NCBI GenBank assembly: GCA_018817715.1
Contig: JAHITT010000004.1
Location: forward strand, 19,751-83,750
Reading direction: 5' to 3'
DNA: 64,000 nt
Source: Patescibacteria group bacterium
GTDB taxonomy: Bacteria > Patescibacteriota > Patescibacteriia > Veblenbacterales > UBA10138
Below, in pieces: positions 9,494 through 19,135 of this stretch. Made by a program: the position numbers and the translations under genes. Each line of letters starts with the position of its first letter. Within the stretch, counting starts at the first letter, position 1. The notes under the pieces are model-generated. The model was given only the letters and a program-made list of their open reading frames with translations, was not told the DNA's origin and ran no database searches.

Positions 9494-10807
9494 TTATAAA
9501 GCTGGTGGATTATTACCACCTGGTGGCAAATTAACAACATTCTTAACTACCTGAAAAGACTTAACCATAGCCTGAAACAAATGATAATAGGAAGCTTGCG
9601 TACGCGTTCCGATATTATAACTTAAAGTCACCAAACTATTATTCAAAGTCGTATACAAATTAAGCCCATCCAAACTTCTAGCCCAGGTTAAATCACCAAT
9701 AGTCACAATCGGAACCTCGGCAGGTTTTAAATTTGGCACCTGTTTAGCATACCAATCAACTGCTGTTAACTTCCCTGGATTATCCACTACTAAAACTTCA
9801 ATAAATTCACCTTCTGCTCCAGAAAAAATTACTTCCGTGGTCTCTTGGTCTGTAGCTTTAGCTAACCAAGCTAAGGGGTATAAAATATCATAATTAAATT
9901 TCTCATTCTTATACCAGGAAAATTTTTCCGAGTCTATTAATTTGGCACCATCGGCTTTAATTGGATCATAACCCTGATTAACTTCACTTCCATCCAAATA
10001 ACCGTCACTGTCACTGTCCGGCTTATTAACATCGGTACCAAAAATTGCCTCCTCCATATCCGTTAAACCATCTGCATCCTGATCACTAGTTAAACTAGGC
10101 GGTACGACTGACCGAACTTCTGTTATGGTTTCTTCTAATTGAACATTTATACCCAAAGGTCCAGCCAATTGTTCACCTGTTAACAAACCAGCCACCCCTT
10201 CTTCTAAAGAAAATTTTATAGTATAAACTAAACCGTCAGGGCTTTCATACAAATAAGGTAAACCGCCTGGTTCTGGATTAGTTGGCACTTTGTCCATATA
10301 CAAAGGTGGCTGAGCTACGGCCGTAAAACCAATGGCTGCTAAAACCTGATAAGGTTGGCTACCTAAAATTATCGGCTGAACTGCTAAAGGATAACGTTTT
10401 TGTTCAGCTTTATAAATTTCCAAAGCTGCTTGAATATTACGAATATCTTTGTAACGCAAACGATCTCGTTCAGCTGGGGTAGCTGGTGCTGGTTCTTCTA
10501 AAGTCTCAGACTCCGAGGGGTCCGATATATTTTGAATAGGTTGATTAACGGCAACTGGTAAATTATTAGGTGCAACTGATTGAGAATTACGCAATAAAAA
10601 ATATATACCAAAAGTAGCCGCCAAAACTACTGCTCCAATCGCCCCTAACCACCAATATTTCAAAAAAATATTATCTTTAGGTAAAGGAGCTTGATAAGTC
10701 ACAGGCATAGTATAAATTTGCCCCCAAACTGATTCCTTAGTATTCTCAAGCGGGTTAATTTCTTCCTTGTCTATATTATCAGTAGTTTGATTTTTTATAT
10801 TAAACAC
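9494..10807 (-). CDS. Pilin-like (pseudopilin-type N-terminal helix) surface protein with thrombospondin-type-3 Ca-binding repeats
   Basis: TM helix followed by RDRLRYKDIRNIQAALEIYKAEQKRYP (pilin alpha1 motif). DADGLTDMEE and DSDSDGYLDGSE are DxDxDG loops. Confidence 0.5.
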   Translation of the reverse strand: MFNIKNQTTDNIDKEEINPLENTKESVWGQIYTMPVTYQAPLPKDNIFLKYWWLGAIGAVVLAATFGIYFLLRNSQSVAPNNLPVAVNQPIQNISDPSESETLEEPAPATPAERDRLRYKDIRNIQAALEIYKAEQKRYPLAVQPIILGSQPYQVLAAIGFTAVAQPPLYMDKVPTNPEPGGLPYLYESPDGLVYTIKFSLEEGVAGLLTGEQLAGPLGINVQLEETITEVRSVVPPSLTSDQDADGLTDMEEAIFGTDVNKPDSDSDGYLDGSEVNQGYDPIKADGAKLIDSEKFSWYKNEKFNYDILYPLAWLAKATDQETTEVIFSGAEGEFIEVLVVDNPGKLTAVDWYAKQVPNLKPAEVPIVTIGDLTWARSLDGLNLYTTLNNSLVTLSYNIGTRTQASYYHLFQAMVKSFQVVKNVVNLPPGGNNPPAL

Positions 10808-10825
10808 AATTTTTTTAAAAATAAT

Positions 10826-11416
10826 TTAAGGTAATTCTAATAACTTTCCGTCACCCAAAGGATTATAACCATTAGTTACTTCTTGCCCATCAGAAAAACC
10901 ATCGCCATCCGTATCCGACAACAAAGGATCTGTTTTATAGACTTTAACTTCTTCTCGGTCATACAAACCATCGCCATCCGTATCCGACAAAAAAGCATTA
11001 GTACCTAAAACCCCTTCTTCACTATCGGTTAAACCATCACCATCCTGATCTGGTAAGGGAGTATCCGGCCTAATATCAACTGGCTGATTATTTGTATTAT
11101 CTACCACTGGCTCATTAGTGACAGATTCAGAAATTGAGTTTAAATTAGCCTGGCTACCATTACTAGAAGCGGATAACCAATAAATTAAACCGATAATTAC
11201 ACCGACGACGACGACAGCCACCACAAACCACAACCAACGTTGGCTAGCTAATTTTGTCTCCTCCAGATTGATTGTCCGAACTGGCGGAACAATTGCCGTA
11301 GCCGGATCCAAAGAAACTGAGGGTTGATTAGTAGCCGGACTATGACCAGAATCAGTATCTTTAAAAATATCTTCTACTGGAGCTTGATCGGCGCCAGGTT
11401 TAGTTTCTTCAAACAT
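10826..11416 (-). CDS. Membrane-anchored protein with three thrombospondin-type-3-like DxDxDG calcium-binding repeats
   Basis: [36 protein letters not shown]. Single TM helix. Confidence 0.5.
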   Translation of the reverse strand: MFEETKPGADQAPVEDIFKDTDSGHSPATNQPSVSLDPATAIVPPVRTINLEETKLASQRWLWFVVAVVVVGVIIGLIYWLSASSNGSQANLNSISESVTNEPVVDNTNNQPVDIRPDTPLPDQDGDGLTDSEEGVLGTNAFLSDTDGDGLYDREEVKVYKTDPLLSDTDGDGFSDGQEVTNGYNPLGDGKLLELP

Positions 11417-11478
11417 AATTTAAAAGACTAATAATAACTAATTTGTATAATAGCAAAAAAATCCAACCAAGTCTTTAA

Positions 11479-14400
11479 TTATTCAACCGCCTCTAATTGC
11501 TTGGGGTCAATTTTTATATTTTGACTAGTTGAATTGTACTTATAACTATCACAATTATCATTGTTAGAAATTGTTACTTCGCCACTTGATAAGGACCAAA
11601 TAATGTTTTTATATTCAAAATTAGCTAATAAACTATAGCCAGTCAAACCACCCTGGCCATTATAGATATATTGATAAACATGTGAACCCAAAGAACACTT
11701 AAAATTCTTAATTACTTCATTCCAACAAGTATTAGCATTATAACCACTACCACAATCAACTAATTTATTTTTTGGGTCCACTGGCAAACCAGCACCTAAA
11801 ACATTGCCTAACTCCGATTGCCAAGACGGCCACGCACTGACTGTCCGCCCAGTTAAATAAGTTCCCGCTGATAAAACTGGATACGAACCTTTGGCTTGAT
11901 AATAATCTTCCAAAGCGGTTCTTATAGTTCTTAAATCGGTTAACCTTTGATAATCACGCTTCAATTTACTTATTGAATCAGTTGAAGATAAATTAATATT
12001 AAATTGCCAATTATTTATTAACTCATTGAATATTTGAGTCATTGATTGTCCAGCTGATTTATTATAAGACAACACATAAATATTAGAATAGGCTTTCCCA
12101 GCAGTTAAATTAACCGCTCCAACGTAAACGCTATTACCATCCTGAATAGCCGAATAATCATCCAAATTACCAATTAATTTAGGGTTGGCTTTAATAATAT
12201 CTGAACGGTTATTATACCAATCCATCGGATTTAACTGATTATTATTGCTATAAACTCTTAAACCAATAACATCCTCACTACCATCTATCCGCAATAAATA
12301 TTCATTTAATAAATCGCCTTGACCCGGCAAGGGACCGGCTTTGATTAACTCTGGTAAACCAGCACTAGAATCGTTCACTGTCACGGATCGACAATAGCGC
12401 AAACGAAAATTATACTTATTATCATCAGATTGCCAAGGTACTTCACATAAATAAACCTCCAACAAAGCTGAAGTGCTGGCCTGACCAGCTAATTGATTTG
12501 AAGCATCAGCAATTACTTGTAAGGCCGCCCGACCATTTTTATTACCAGATACAGCCACTACAGATTGCTCAGATACTAAACCTGATAAGCTAACCACCCC
12601 AGCCGCATCACTCTTGGTCCATTTGTAAGAAGCATTAACGGCTACATCCTCTTTATCCCGGGCTTGGGCATAAAATTCTTGACCCTGACCAGGTTTATTA
12701 TAAACATGATCTGCTGGATCAATAAAAACTTTATCAACCTGACAAACTTCCTGCCCAACTCTAAAATTCCACTGACAATTATTAACTGTGCCACAATCAA
12801 ACCGACCAGACGGCAAAAAGACTTGATAACTACTATGACTGCTATTGGGTGGCAATAAATTGTTTTTAGGCGTAAAAATCAAACGACTACCTCGTAAACT
12901 AGTAGTACCTAGTATAGTTTCTATAATCTCCGGACAAGCATCTTCATTACAACCCGTTTTTAATACTAAATCACTAGCCTTAACTTCATTGGCTAAAGGT
13001 GGACGGTTAAAAGTCGCCACCACCACAGCATTACGACAAACATTTTGCGCCGAACCTAAGGGCTCCACTTTTATTAAACGTAAAACCGTACTATCTGGAT
13101 CGCTTCCTACGTCTATATCTTTATCTGTTATATATAATCTACTTTGGTTTTCCTTATTCTCGCTAGAAATTTTAGCCTTAATCATAACTGGCTGATCAAC
13201 CGCCGTCCAATCTTTAGCCGTCGCTCGAGATTTAAAACTATTAGATAAGGGAGTTACTGTAGCTTTAGTAGTATTATCGCTAGACCATTGCCAACTATAA
13301 CCACTAGGCGACAAAATATTACAGTTACTTGCCACTGCCTGACCAATAAAATCTTTGGTATTATTAGGAGTCGTCAAACTAGAAATTTTAGCCTGGCTGG
13401 GTGACACCAAAACTTTATCTAAACTACAACTGCCAGTTGGTTTAACCCGCCATTGCCATACATAATCCTCAGCCAAATTTAATCCAACTAAGCTGACTAC
13501 CGACTGCTTAATAGTTGCCTGATACCAATAACCAGGCTGTAAATTAGCTACCGATTTGGCTGTAAAACCCTCAGCACCGCTTTGACTACTAGGCAGTATT
13601 TCAATAGTTTCCCAATTAATTTCCGTTTGACAATCTGATTGATTAAATATATCAGCCTGGCCACAGACTCGTAATTTTATATTAGCGACCGTCAGACTAC
13701 TTGCTAACATACTTTCGGTAAAACGAACCGACACCAAAGTATTGTTGCAGCTTAAATCATTCAAAGCCGGACTAGGACTCTGCGTACCAGATAAACAGGC
13801 AGTATATTCCACAACTTTAGGTTGTTTAACCACTGTTTGTCCGGCACCCGAAACCTGCAAAATCTTACAATTTGATTTTAATCCGTTAGAAGTAACACAA
13901 ACCTGATGACGACCAGCTGCTAAAGCATTAAGAGCTCCTAAAACTGGCGTCTGAGTATAAATTTCATCATCTTGCCAATAAAATTCTGGACTAAACTTAT
14001 TCGCCAAAAAATCACTAAATGATAATTTATTACCTATGGACTGATTACCAAAACGTTCACCTGTCACCTTAACCGCCAGCGGCAACTCCTCTATCGCAAC
14101 TTGATTAGGAGCTAAAGAACAAATACCTGGTCCAACCGGATTATTATTAACTGTAAAATTTTCTAAGTTGCTAGGCTTATTAGAACTATTAGTACCAGTT
14201 GAGGCAGTTGTTAATTGCAACATGTAATCACCCAGTGGCAAACCTTGAGGAACTTTTACGGTAATATCCGTCTCTTGCCACCAATTACTACACTGACCGG
14301 GCGCCTCAGCTATCCAAGAATTACTGCCCGACCAAAATTTAACTACACCTGGTTGATCACCAAAATTATATCCTTGCAAACTAATAAATTGATCAGACGC

Positions 14401-16014
14401 CCCCTGATTAGGCGACACCTTATCTAAATAAGGACTTAAAGATTTAAAAGATAATTCATTAGATTTGCTGAAGCCAACCCTTAGACTAACTCGACCACCT
14501 TTAGCTGTTAAACCGTCCTGATCATAAGCCGGACCAGTATCTGTACCCACAGGCAAACGCACCTTAACCTGTCCGTCAACACAAGCAACCCGTAAACTAT
14601 GGCCTACTGGATAATGAGATTGTCCATTCCAACATAAAATATTCTCTAAATTATCAAAACTATTATTACCTGACAGCAAACCATTAAAGTCGACTTCCCC
14701 ATCTAAAAATAAATTCTCACCAGCCAGAGTCACAGTTTGTCCGTAATTAGTCGCTGACGGCTCAACCGAACTTAATATCGGACTACACTGTAAAGTTAAA
14801 CCTGTAGTAAACTGCCAAATATAATCATCACCACTGCCATCTGCTTGGCCGTTACTATTACCATCTAAAGGATTACCACAAGTATCTGTTATCCCTTCTG
14901 GTCCGCTTTTCAGAATTACCTCATACTGAGTACTGGCCGATAAACTTAATCTCTGTCCACCACTAGTCTGAGCATAAAAAGTAACAATCTGGAAATTATT
15001 ACCAAAAGAGGGCTGACTTAATTGCATAACTGAAGTTGGATTGTCTTTTTCTCTTAATATAACATTGCCGTAAAAACTAGCAGCGTCCATTGGTTCATTA
15101 AACGCAATTTGAATAGGTGTTTCCCGACAAACTTCAGTCTTATTTTCAGCAGGTTCGGTAGTAACCACTTTAGGCAATTGGCTGTCAGACTGTGTACCAG
15201 TAGTAAATTGCCAAGTTTTACCCGGATCAAGTTTAAACCGTAAGCTATTAACGCTTACTATACCAGCGCTACCACCCTGCAAACTAACCTCATATTGTGT
15301 ATTGGGTGAAAAATCTTGACCTAAATGACGATAAGAAATAATTGCCGCGTCACTGCTTGGAAAAAATTGGCCACCACTAAAAGCCTCCCCGTCCGATATT
15401 TTAACTATTTTAAAACTATTAACATTTACCTGATCACGTTTAACTGATTGATTAAACTCCACCTGAACATTGCTACACAAACTTACACCAGTACCCCCAG
15501 GGTAAGTTCTTTTTGTTTGCAAGTACTGTGCCCCAGCTGTTGGTAAACAAGGGGGTAGGCTACCATCAGGACACAAACTACTGTCACCTGGACCACCATC
15601 ACCATTATTATTTATCGCACCTGTTAAACGATTAAAAATAAAAGTCGCTATACCAAAAGAAGCCAAAATAATTACCAAACCAATAACAGCTGAAGATAAT
15701 ATTTTTTTTGCTTGAGTAATTTTTTCTTCATTACCTTGCGAAGTCAACCAAATATAGCCGGCATAAATAATTAAAACAACGGCTATAATACCCAAAACAC
15801 CTAAAAATATATTTATAATATTAGCCACCGTTTCAATTAACGGCTGATTACCTAAATTAACATTACCTTGCTCTAAATTATCTAAACCGAACTCTTGGGC
15901 GTAAACGACATAATAACTAAAAATAAAAGCAGACAAACCAACCAACCAACCGGTTGATTTAGTCAAAATTTTTTTGACTGAAATAATAAAAAAATTTGGT
16001 TTGTAAAACGTCAT
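11479..16014 (-). CDS. Giant (1511 aa) surface protein: VirB2/TrbC-like double-TM N-terminus, Ig-like repeats, pilin-like motif near the C-terminus
   Basis: N-terminus has two hydrophobic helices separated by a short loop. Long Ser/Thr/Asn-rich beta-rich middle region. C-terminal RDYQRLTDLRTIRTALEDYYQAKGSYP pilin motif. Confidence 0.6.
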   Translation of the reverse strand: MTFYKPNFFIISVKKILTKSTGWLVGLSAFIFSYYVVYAQEFGLDNLEQGNVNLGNQPLIETVANIINIFLGVLGIIAVVLIIYAGYIWLTSQGNEEKITQAKKILSSAVIGLVIILASFGIATFIFNRLTGAINNNGDGGPGDSSLCPDGSLPPCLPTAGAQYLQTKRTYPGGTGVSLCSNVQVEFNQSVKRDQVNVNSFKIVKISDGEAFSGGQFFPSSDAAIISYRHLGQDFSPNTQYEVSLQGGSAGIVSVNSLRFKLDPGKTWQFTTGTQSDSQLPKVVTTEPAENKTEVCRETPIQIAFNEPMDAASFYGNVILREKDNPTSVMQLSQPSFGNNFQIVTFYAQTSGGQRLSLSASTQYEVILKSGPEGITDTCGNPLDGNSNGQADGSGDDYIWQFTTGLTLQCSPILSSVEPSATNYGQTVTLAGENLFLDGEVDFNGLLSGNNSFDNLENILCWNGQSHYPVGHSLRVACVDGQVKVRLPVGTDTGPAYDQDGLTAKGGRVSLRVGFSKSNELSFKSLSPYLDKVSPNQGASDQFISLQGYNFGDQPGVVKFWSGSNSWIAEAPGQCSNWWQETDITVKVPQGLPLGDYMLQLTTASTGTNSSNKPSNLENFTVNNNPVGPGICSLAPNQVAIEELPLAVKVTGERFGNQSIGNKLSFSDFLANKFSPEFYWQDDEIYTQTPVLGALNALAAGRHQVCVTSNGLKSNCKILQVSGAGQTVVKQPKVVEYTACLSGTQSPSPALNDLSCNNTLVSVRFTESMLASSLTVANIKLRVCGQADIFNQSDCQTEINWETIEILPSSQSGAEGFTAKSVANLQPGYWYQATIKQSVVSLVGLNLAEDYVWQWRVKPTGSCSLDKVLVSPSQAKISSLTTPNNTKDFIGQAVASNCNILSPSGYSWQWSSDNTTKATVTPLSNSFKSRATAKDWTAVDQPVMIKAKISSENKENQSRLYITDKDIDVGSDPDSTVLRLIKVEPLGSAQNVCRNAVVVATFNRPPLANEVKASDLVLKTGCNEDACPEIIETILGTTSLRGSRLIFTPKNNLLPPNSSHSSYQVFLPSGRFDCGTVNNCQWNFRVGQEVCQVDKVFIDPADHVYNKPGQGQEFYAQARDKEDVAVNASYKWTKSDAAGVVSLSGLVSEQSVVAVSGNKNGRAALQVIADASNQLAGQASTSALLEVYLCEVPWQSDDNKYNFRLRYCRSVTVNDSSAGLPELIKAGPLPGQGDLLNEYLLRIDGSEDVIGLRVYSNNNQLNPMDWYNNRSDIIKANPKLIGNLDDYSAIQDGNSVYVGAVNLTAGKAYSNIYVLSYNKSAGQSMTQIFNELINNWQFNINLSSTDSISKLKRDYQRLTDLRTIRTALEDYYQAKGSYPVLSAGTYLTGRTVSAWPSWQSELGNVLGAGLPVDPKNKLVDCGSGYNANTCWNEVIKNFKCSLGSHVYQYIYNGQGGLTGYSLLANFEYKNIIWSLSSGEVTISNNDNCDSYKYNSTSQNIKIDPKQLEAVE

Positions 16015-16046
16015 TTTTTAATAATGGCTAATAATTTTATAAAAAT

Positions 16047-16508
16047 TTAATTCTTTAAACTTTCAACCACTAAAGCGCTGACAGTTCCACCATCCACCGA
16101 ACCTTGATAATAATCCAAAACAGCTTTGGTTAATTTACCGCGATCCTTATCTTGAGACAAAGCTAACTCATTTTTCAATTTAATAATTTGTTTTTTAATA
16201 TCCTCCAAGGCCGGGGCCGGCGGCAAGTAAGTAACCAGAACTTTATCTTCGGCTAATTCTTTATTGGCTAAATCAACTCGACCAGCCTCCTTGTAAAGCT
16301 GGGCCGCTTCTTTACGTCTTTTACTTTCCCGCCGAATAATTTGCATACTATTAGCTTCAGTTAACTCCTTATTTTGTGCTCTTAAAGAAATTACTTCATT
16401 AGCCAAAGCGGCCTTAAGCATTCGCAAGACTTGAAGGTCTTCCGAATGCCCCCGGGCCGCTTTTTTTATATCTTCGACTAAGCGCTCACTAATTGTCTGA
16501 TTAGACAT
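16047..16508 (-). CDS. yqeY: GatB/YqeY domain protein
   Basis: 153 aa, downstream of rpsU as in many bacteria. DIKKAARGHSEDLQVLRMLKAAL region. Confidence 0.65.
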   Translation of the reverse strand: MSNQTISERLVEDIKKAARGHSEDLQVLRMLKAALANEVISLRAQNKELTEANSMQIIRRESKRRKEAAQLYKEAGRVDLANKELAEDKVLVTYLPPAPALEDIKKQIIKLKNELALSQDKDRGKLTKAVLDYYQGSVDGGTVSALVVESLKN

Positions 16509-16513
16509 ATTAA

Positions 16514-16789
16514 TTAACGTAAGGTTCTTTTAATAAGAGCTTTAATCTTAGGGTTACGACTGCGCAAATCTTCTTCCGTTAATTGACCAGTTTTGCGCAA
16601 ATACTCCTTACGTCCCCTAATTTTCTGACGACGAACAGCATCCACCCTTTGCTCCCCTTTACTTTTCGTCGGCTCAAAACGTTGGCGCTTTTTAGTACGC
16701 AGTATAATGCCTGATTGCTGGACTTTTTTAGAAAAACGACGAATCAGTCCTTCGACCGATTCTCCATCTTTTCTTTTCACTTCTATCAC
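16514..16789 (-). CDS. rpsU: 30S ribosomal protein S21
   Basis: Basic 91-aa protein. VKRKDGESVEGLIRRFSKKVQQSGIILRTKKRQRFEPTKSKGEQRVDAVRR resembles S21. Confidence 0.8.
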   Translation of the reverse strand: MIEVKRKDGESVEGLIRRFSKKVQQSGIILRTKKRQRFEPTKSKGEQRVDAVRRQKIRGRKEYLRKTGQLTEEDLRSRNPKIKALIKRTLR

Positions 16790-16943
16790 TTTGCGTCACC
16801 TCCTTTTTAAAATAAGGTACTAATCTTTAAAGCTTTCAATTTGAAAGCACCCTAATTGTACCGATTTTTTTGCCCTAAGTCAAGGCAAAAAACTCTCCCA
16901 AAACCTAATCCAAAAGAACTAAATGATTTATCAATTATTTATT

Positions 16944-18350
16944 TTATTTACCCAAAACATCTTGAGCCAAAGAAACTTCAGTCCGATAAGCCACTAAACG
17001 CTTCTTTACTTCATTGACTATTTTTTTAAGATCAACCGTTTCCTGAATTCCGTTTTCCATATCTCTCACAATTACCGTACCATCCATCATTTCTTTTTGA
17101 CCTAAAACCAAAGTATACTTAACACCTAAACGATTAGCACTCTCCAATTGAGCCTTTAAACCATCCTTAGCAAAATTTTCTCCAACCCTCACACCCTGAT
17201 TTTTTAAATCTTCAAATAGTTTCAAAGCTAATTTTTTAGCTTCATTACCTAAACAAGCCAAAAACACATCCGGATTATTAGGAGCTGGTAAGTCTACTTG
17301 ACGTTGTTTCATTTCATTAACTAAACGATCCACACCTGCAGCAAAACCGACGGCTGCTGTTTCTTGCCCACCTAATTCAGCTATTAAATTATCATAACGA
17401 CCACCCGCCGCCAAAGCGGTTTGACCTCCTTCATCATCTTGACTCCAAATTTCAAAAACCGTTCTAGTATAATAATCCAAACCTCGCACCAAATAAGGAT
17501 TCAATTGATAAGTCAATTCCACGCCATCCAAGTATTCCAAAACAGTCACAAAATGCTGGCGGCAATTTTGACATAACGAATCTACCAACTGAGGAGCGTT
17601 TTTGGTCAAATCTCGACAAGCTGGTTCTTTACAATCCAACAAACGTAAAGGATTACGTTGCAATCTTTTTTTACAATCCTCGCATAAATCTGATTTTTTA
17701 GTTCGATAATAATCCTGCAAAGCCTGGCGATAATCCACTCGACAATCCGGACAACCAACACTATTTATTTGAACCGTTACCGGCAAACTCAAGCTTTGAC
17801 ACAAAGACAAAGCTGTTAAAATTATCTGACTGTCGGCCATGGCCGAAGGGTCACCTAATATTTCATAGTCAATCTGCCAAAAGCTTCTATACCGACCAGC
17901 TTGCGGACGTTCATGCCTAAAAATTGGCCCTAAAGAATATACTTTAACTGGCTGAGGCCAAGCTAACATACCATGCTCTATATAAGCCCTAGCTAAACCT
18001 GCCGTGTATTCCGGCCGTAAGGTTAAATGATCACCTGACTGGTCTACAAAAGAATACATTTCTTTCTCGACAATATCCGTGGCCGTACCAATTGCTCGAG
18101 TAAACAAAGAAGTCTTTTCTAAAATTGGCGTTTCCAAACGACTATAACCATAAATATCAGCCTGCTTAACTATCTGCTCATTAATATAATTCCACCACAA
18201 CCAATCAGTTGGCATAATATCATGCATCCCTCTAACTAACTGAGGAGTAGAAATTCTTTTCTGCTTCACACCAGACTTAGCCGCCAAAGCCAAAGCCTCC
18301 TTTTCTGAACGACTAGTTTTTTTATTAGAATTTTTATTGTTAAACATCAT
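16944..18350 (-). CDS. hisS: Histidine--tRNA ligase with a Cys-rich (4x CxxC) insertion
   Basis: Class II aaRS motifs including AAGGRYDNL. Insertion CPDC...CEDC...CKEPAC...CQNC. Confidence 0.9.
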   Translation of the reverse strand: MMFNNKNSNKKTSRSEKEALALAAKSGVKQKRISTPQLVRGMHDIMPTDWLWWNYINEQIVKQADIYGYSRLETPILEKTSLFTRAIGTATDIVEKEMYSFVDQSGDHLTLRPEYTAGLARAYIEHGMLAWPQPVKVYSLGPIFRHERPQAGRYRSFWQIDYEILGDPSAMADSQIILTALSLCQSLSLPVTVQINSVGCPDCRVDYRQALQDYYRTKKSDLCEDCKKRLQRNPLRLLDCKEPACRDLTKNAPQLVDSLCQNCRQHFVTVLEYLDGVELTYQLNPYLVRGLDYYTRTVFEIWSQDDEGGQTALAAGGRYDNLIAELGGQETAAVGFAAGVDRLVNEMKQRQVDLPAPNNPDVFLACLGNEAKKLALKLFEDLKNQGVRVGENFAKDGLKAQLESANRLGVKYTLVLGQKEMMDGTVIVRDMENGIQETVDLKKIVNEVKKRLVAYRTEVSLAQDVLGK

Positions 18351-18356
18351 AGGCTC

Positions 18357-18917
18357 TTAATTGATTACCGATAGATTAAAAATAGCTAACCGATCAAATG
18401 GCCAAGCTCTTAGCCAACTACGGCCAACTATCTCCCTTTTAATAATCGGCCCAAAACTCCGGGAGTCCAAACTAGCACCTCGGTTATCCCCCAAAACATA
18501 ATACTGATCAATTTGCAAAGTAATATCCTGATCACCTTGAGTAATTACACCCGTTGGCAAATAATCTTCCGTTATTTTTTCCAATGACTGTCCATTTATT
18601 GCCAACCAAACAGCCCCTTCTTTAATAACCACCCGGTCATGAGGCAAACCAATTATTCTTTTTATAAAAAATTCCCTTTCATTTCTAGGATATCTCAATA
18701 CTACTACTTCACCGCGTTTCACTTCTCTAAAGCGAAAACTTATTTCATCAATCAATAAATAATCACTATTCAAATAAGTCGGCTCCATTGATTCACCTTT
18801 AACATAAAAAGGTTGCACTAAAAAATAACGAACTGGCAAAATAATCGCCAATGATATCAAACCGACTTTAATTACTTCGCTTAAAAATTGTCCAGTCTCT
18901 TTCCAATAATTAGACAT
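18357..18917 (-). CDS. lepB: Signal peptidase I
   Basis: GESMEPTY and VLGDNRGASLDSR boxes. Confidence 0.85.
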   Translation of the reverse strand: MSNYWKETGQFLSEVIKVGLISLAIILPVRYFLVQPFYVKGESMEPTYLNSDYLLIDEISFRFREVKRGEVVVLRYPRNEREFFIKRIIGLPHDRVVIKEGAVWLAINGQSLEKITEDYLPTGVITQGDQDITLQIDQYYVLGDNRGASLDSRSFGPIIKREIVGRSWLRAWPFDRLAIFNLSVIN

Positions 18918-19007
18918 AGTTTAATAGAATTACGAATTACGAATAATGAATCAAGACTAAACTTATAAACACTAAATTCTTAATTCTCTATTCTTAATTC
19001 TAAATTA

Positions 19008-19084
19008 TGGTGGACGCACCTGGATTCGAACCAGGGACCTTTGCAATGTGAATGCAACGCTCTAACCAACTGAGCTATGCGTCC
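19008..19084 (-). tRNA. tRNA-Val (anticodon CAC), CCA encoded
   Basis: Reverse complement GGACGCATAGCTCAGTTGGTTAGAGCGTTGCATTCACATTGCAAAGGTCCCTGGTTCGAATCCAGGTGCGTCCACCA folds as a cloverleaf with anticodon loop TTCACAT. Confidence 0.85.
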
Positions 19085-19135
19085 TTAACTCTTCACTTTA
19101 CGACCACTATTATAATTGACACAGAAACATAGCTA

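Noticed and set aside
18918-19007. Short tandem or inverted AT-rich repeats (gaattacgaattacgaat / attcttaattctctattcttaattc) between lepB and tRNA-Val
   Set aside because: Low-complexity AT-rich spacer. Likely terminator or tRNA-processing context with no further structure.
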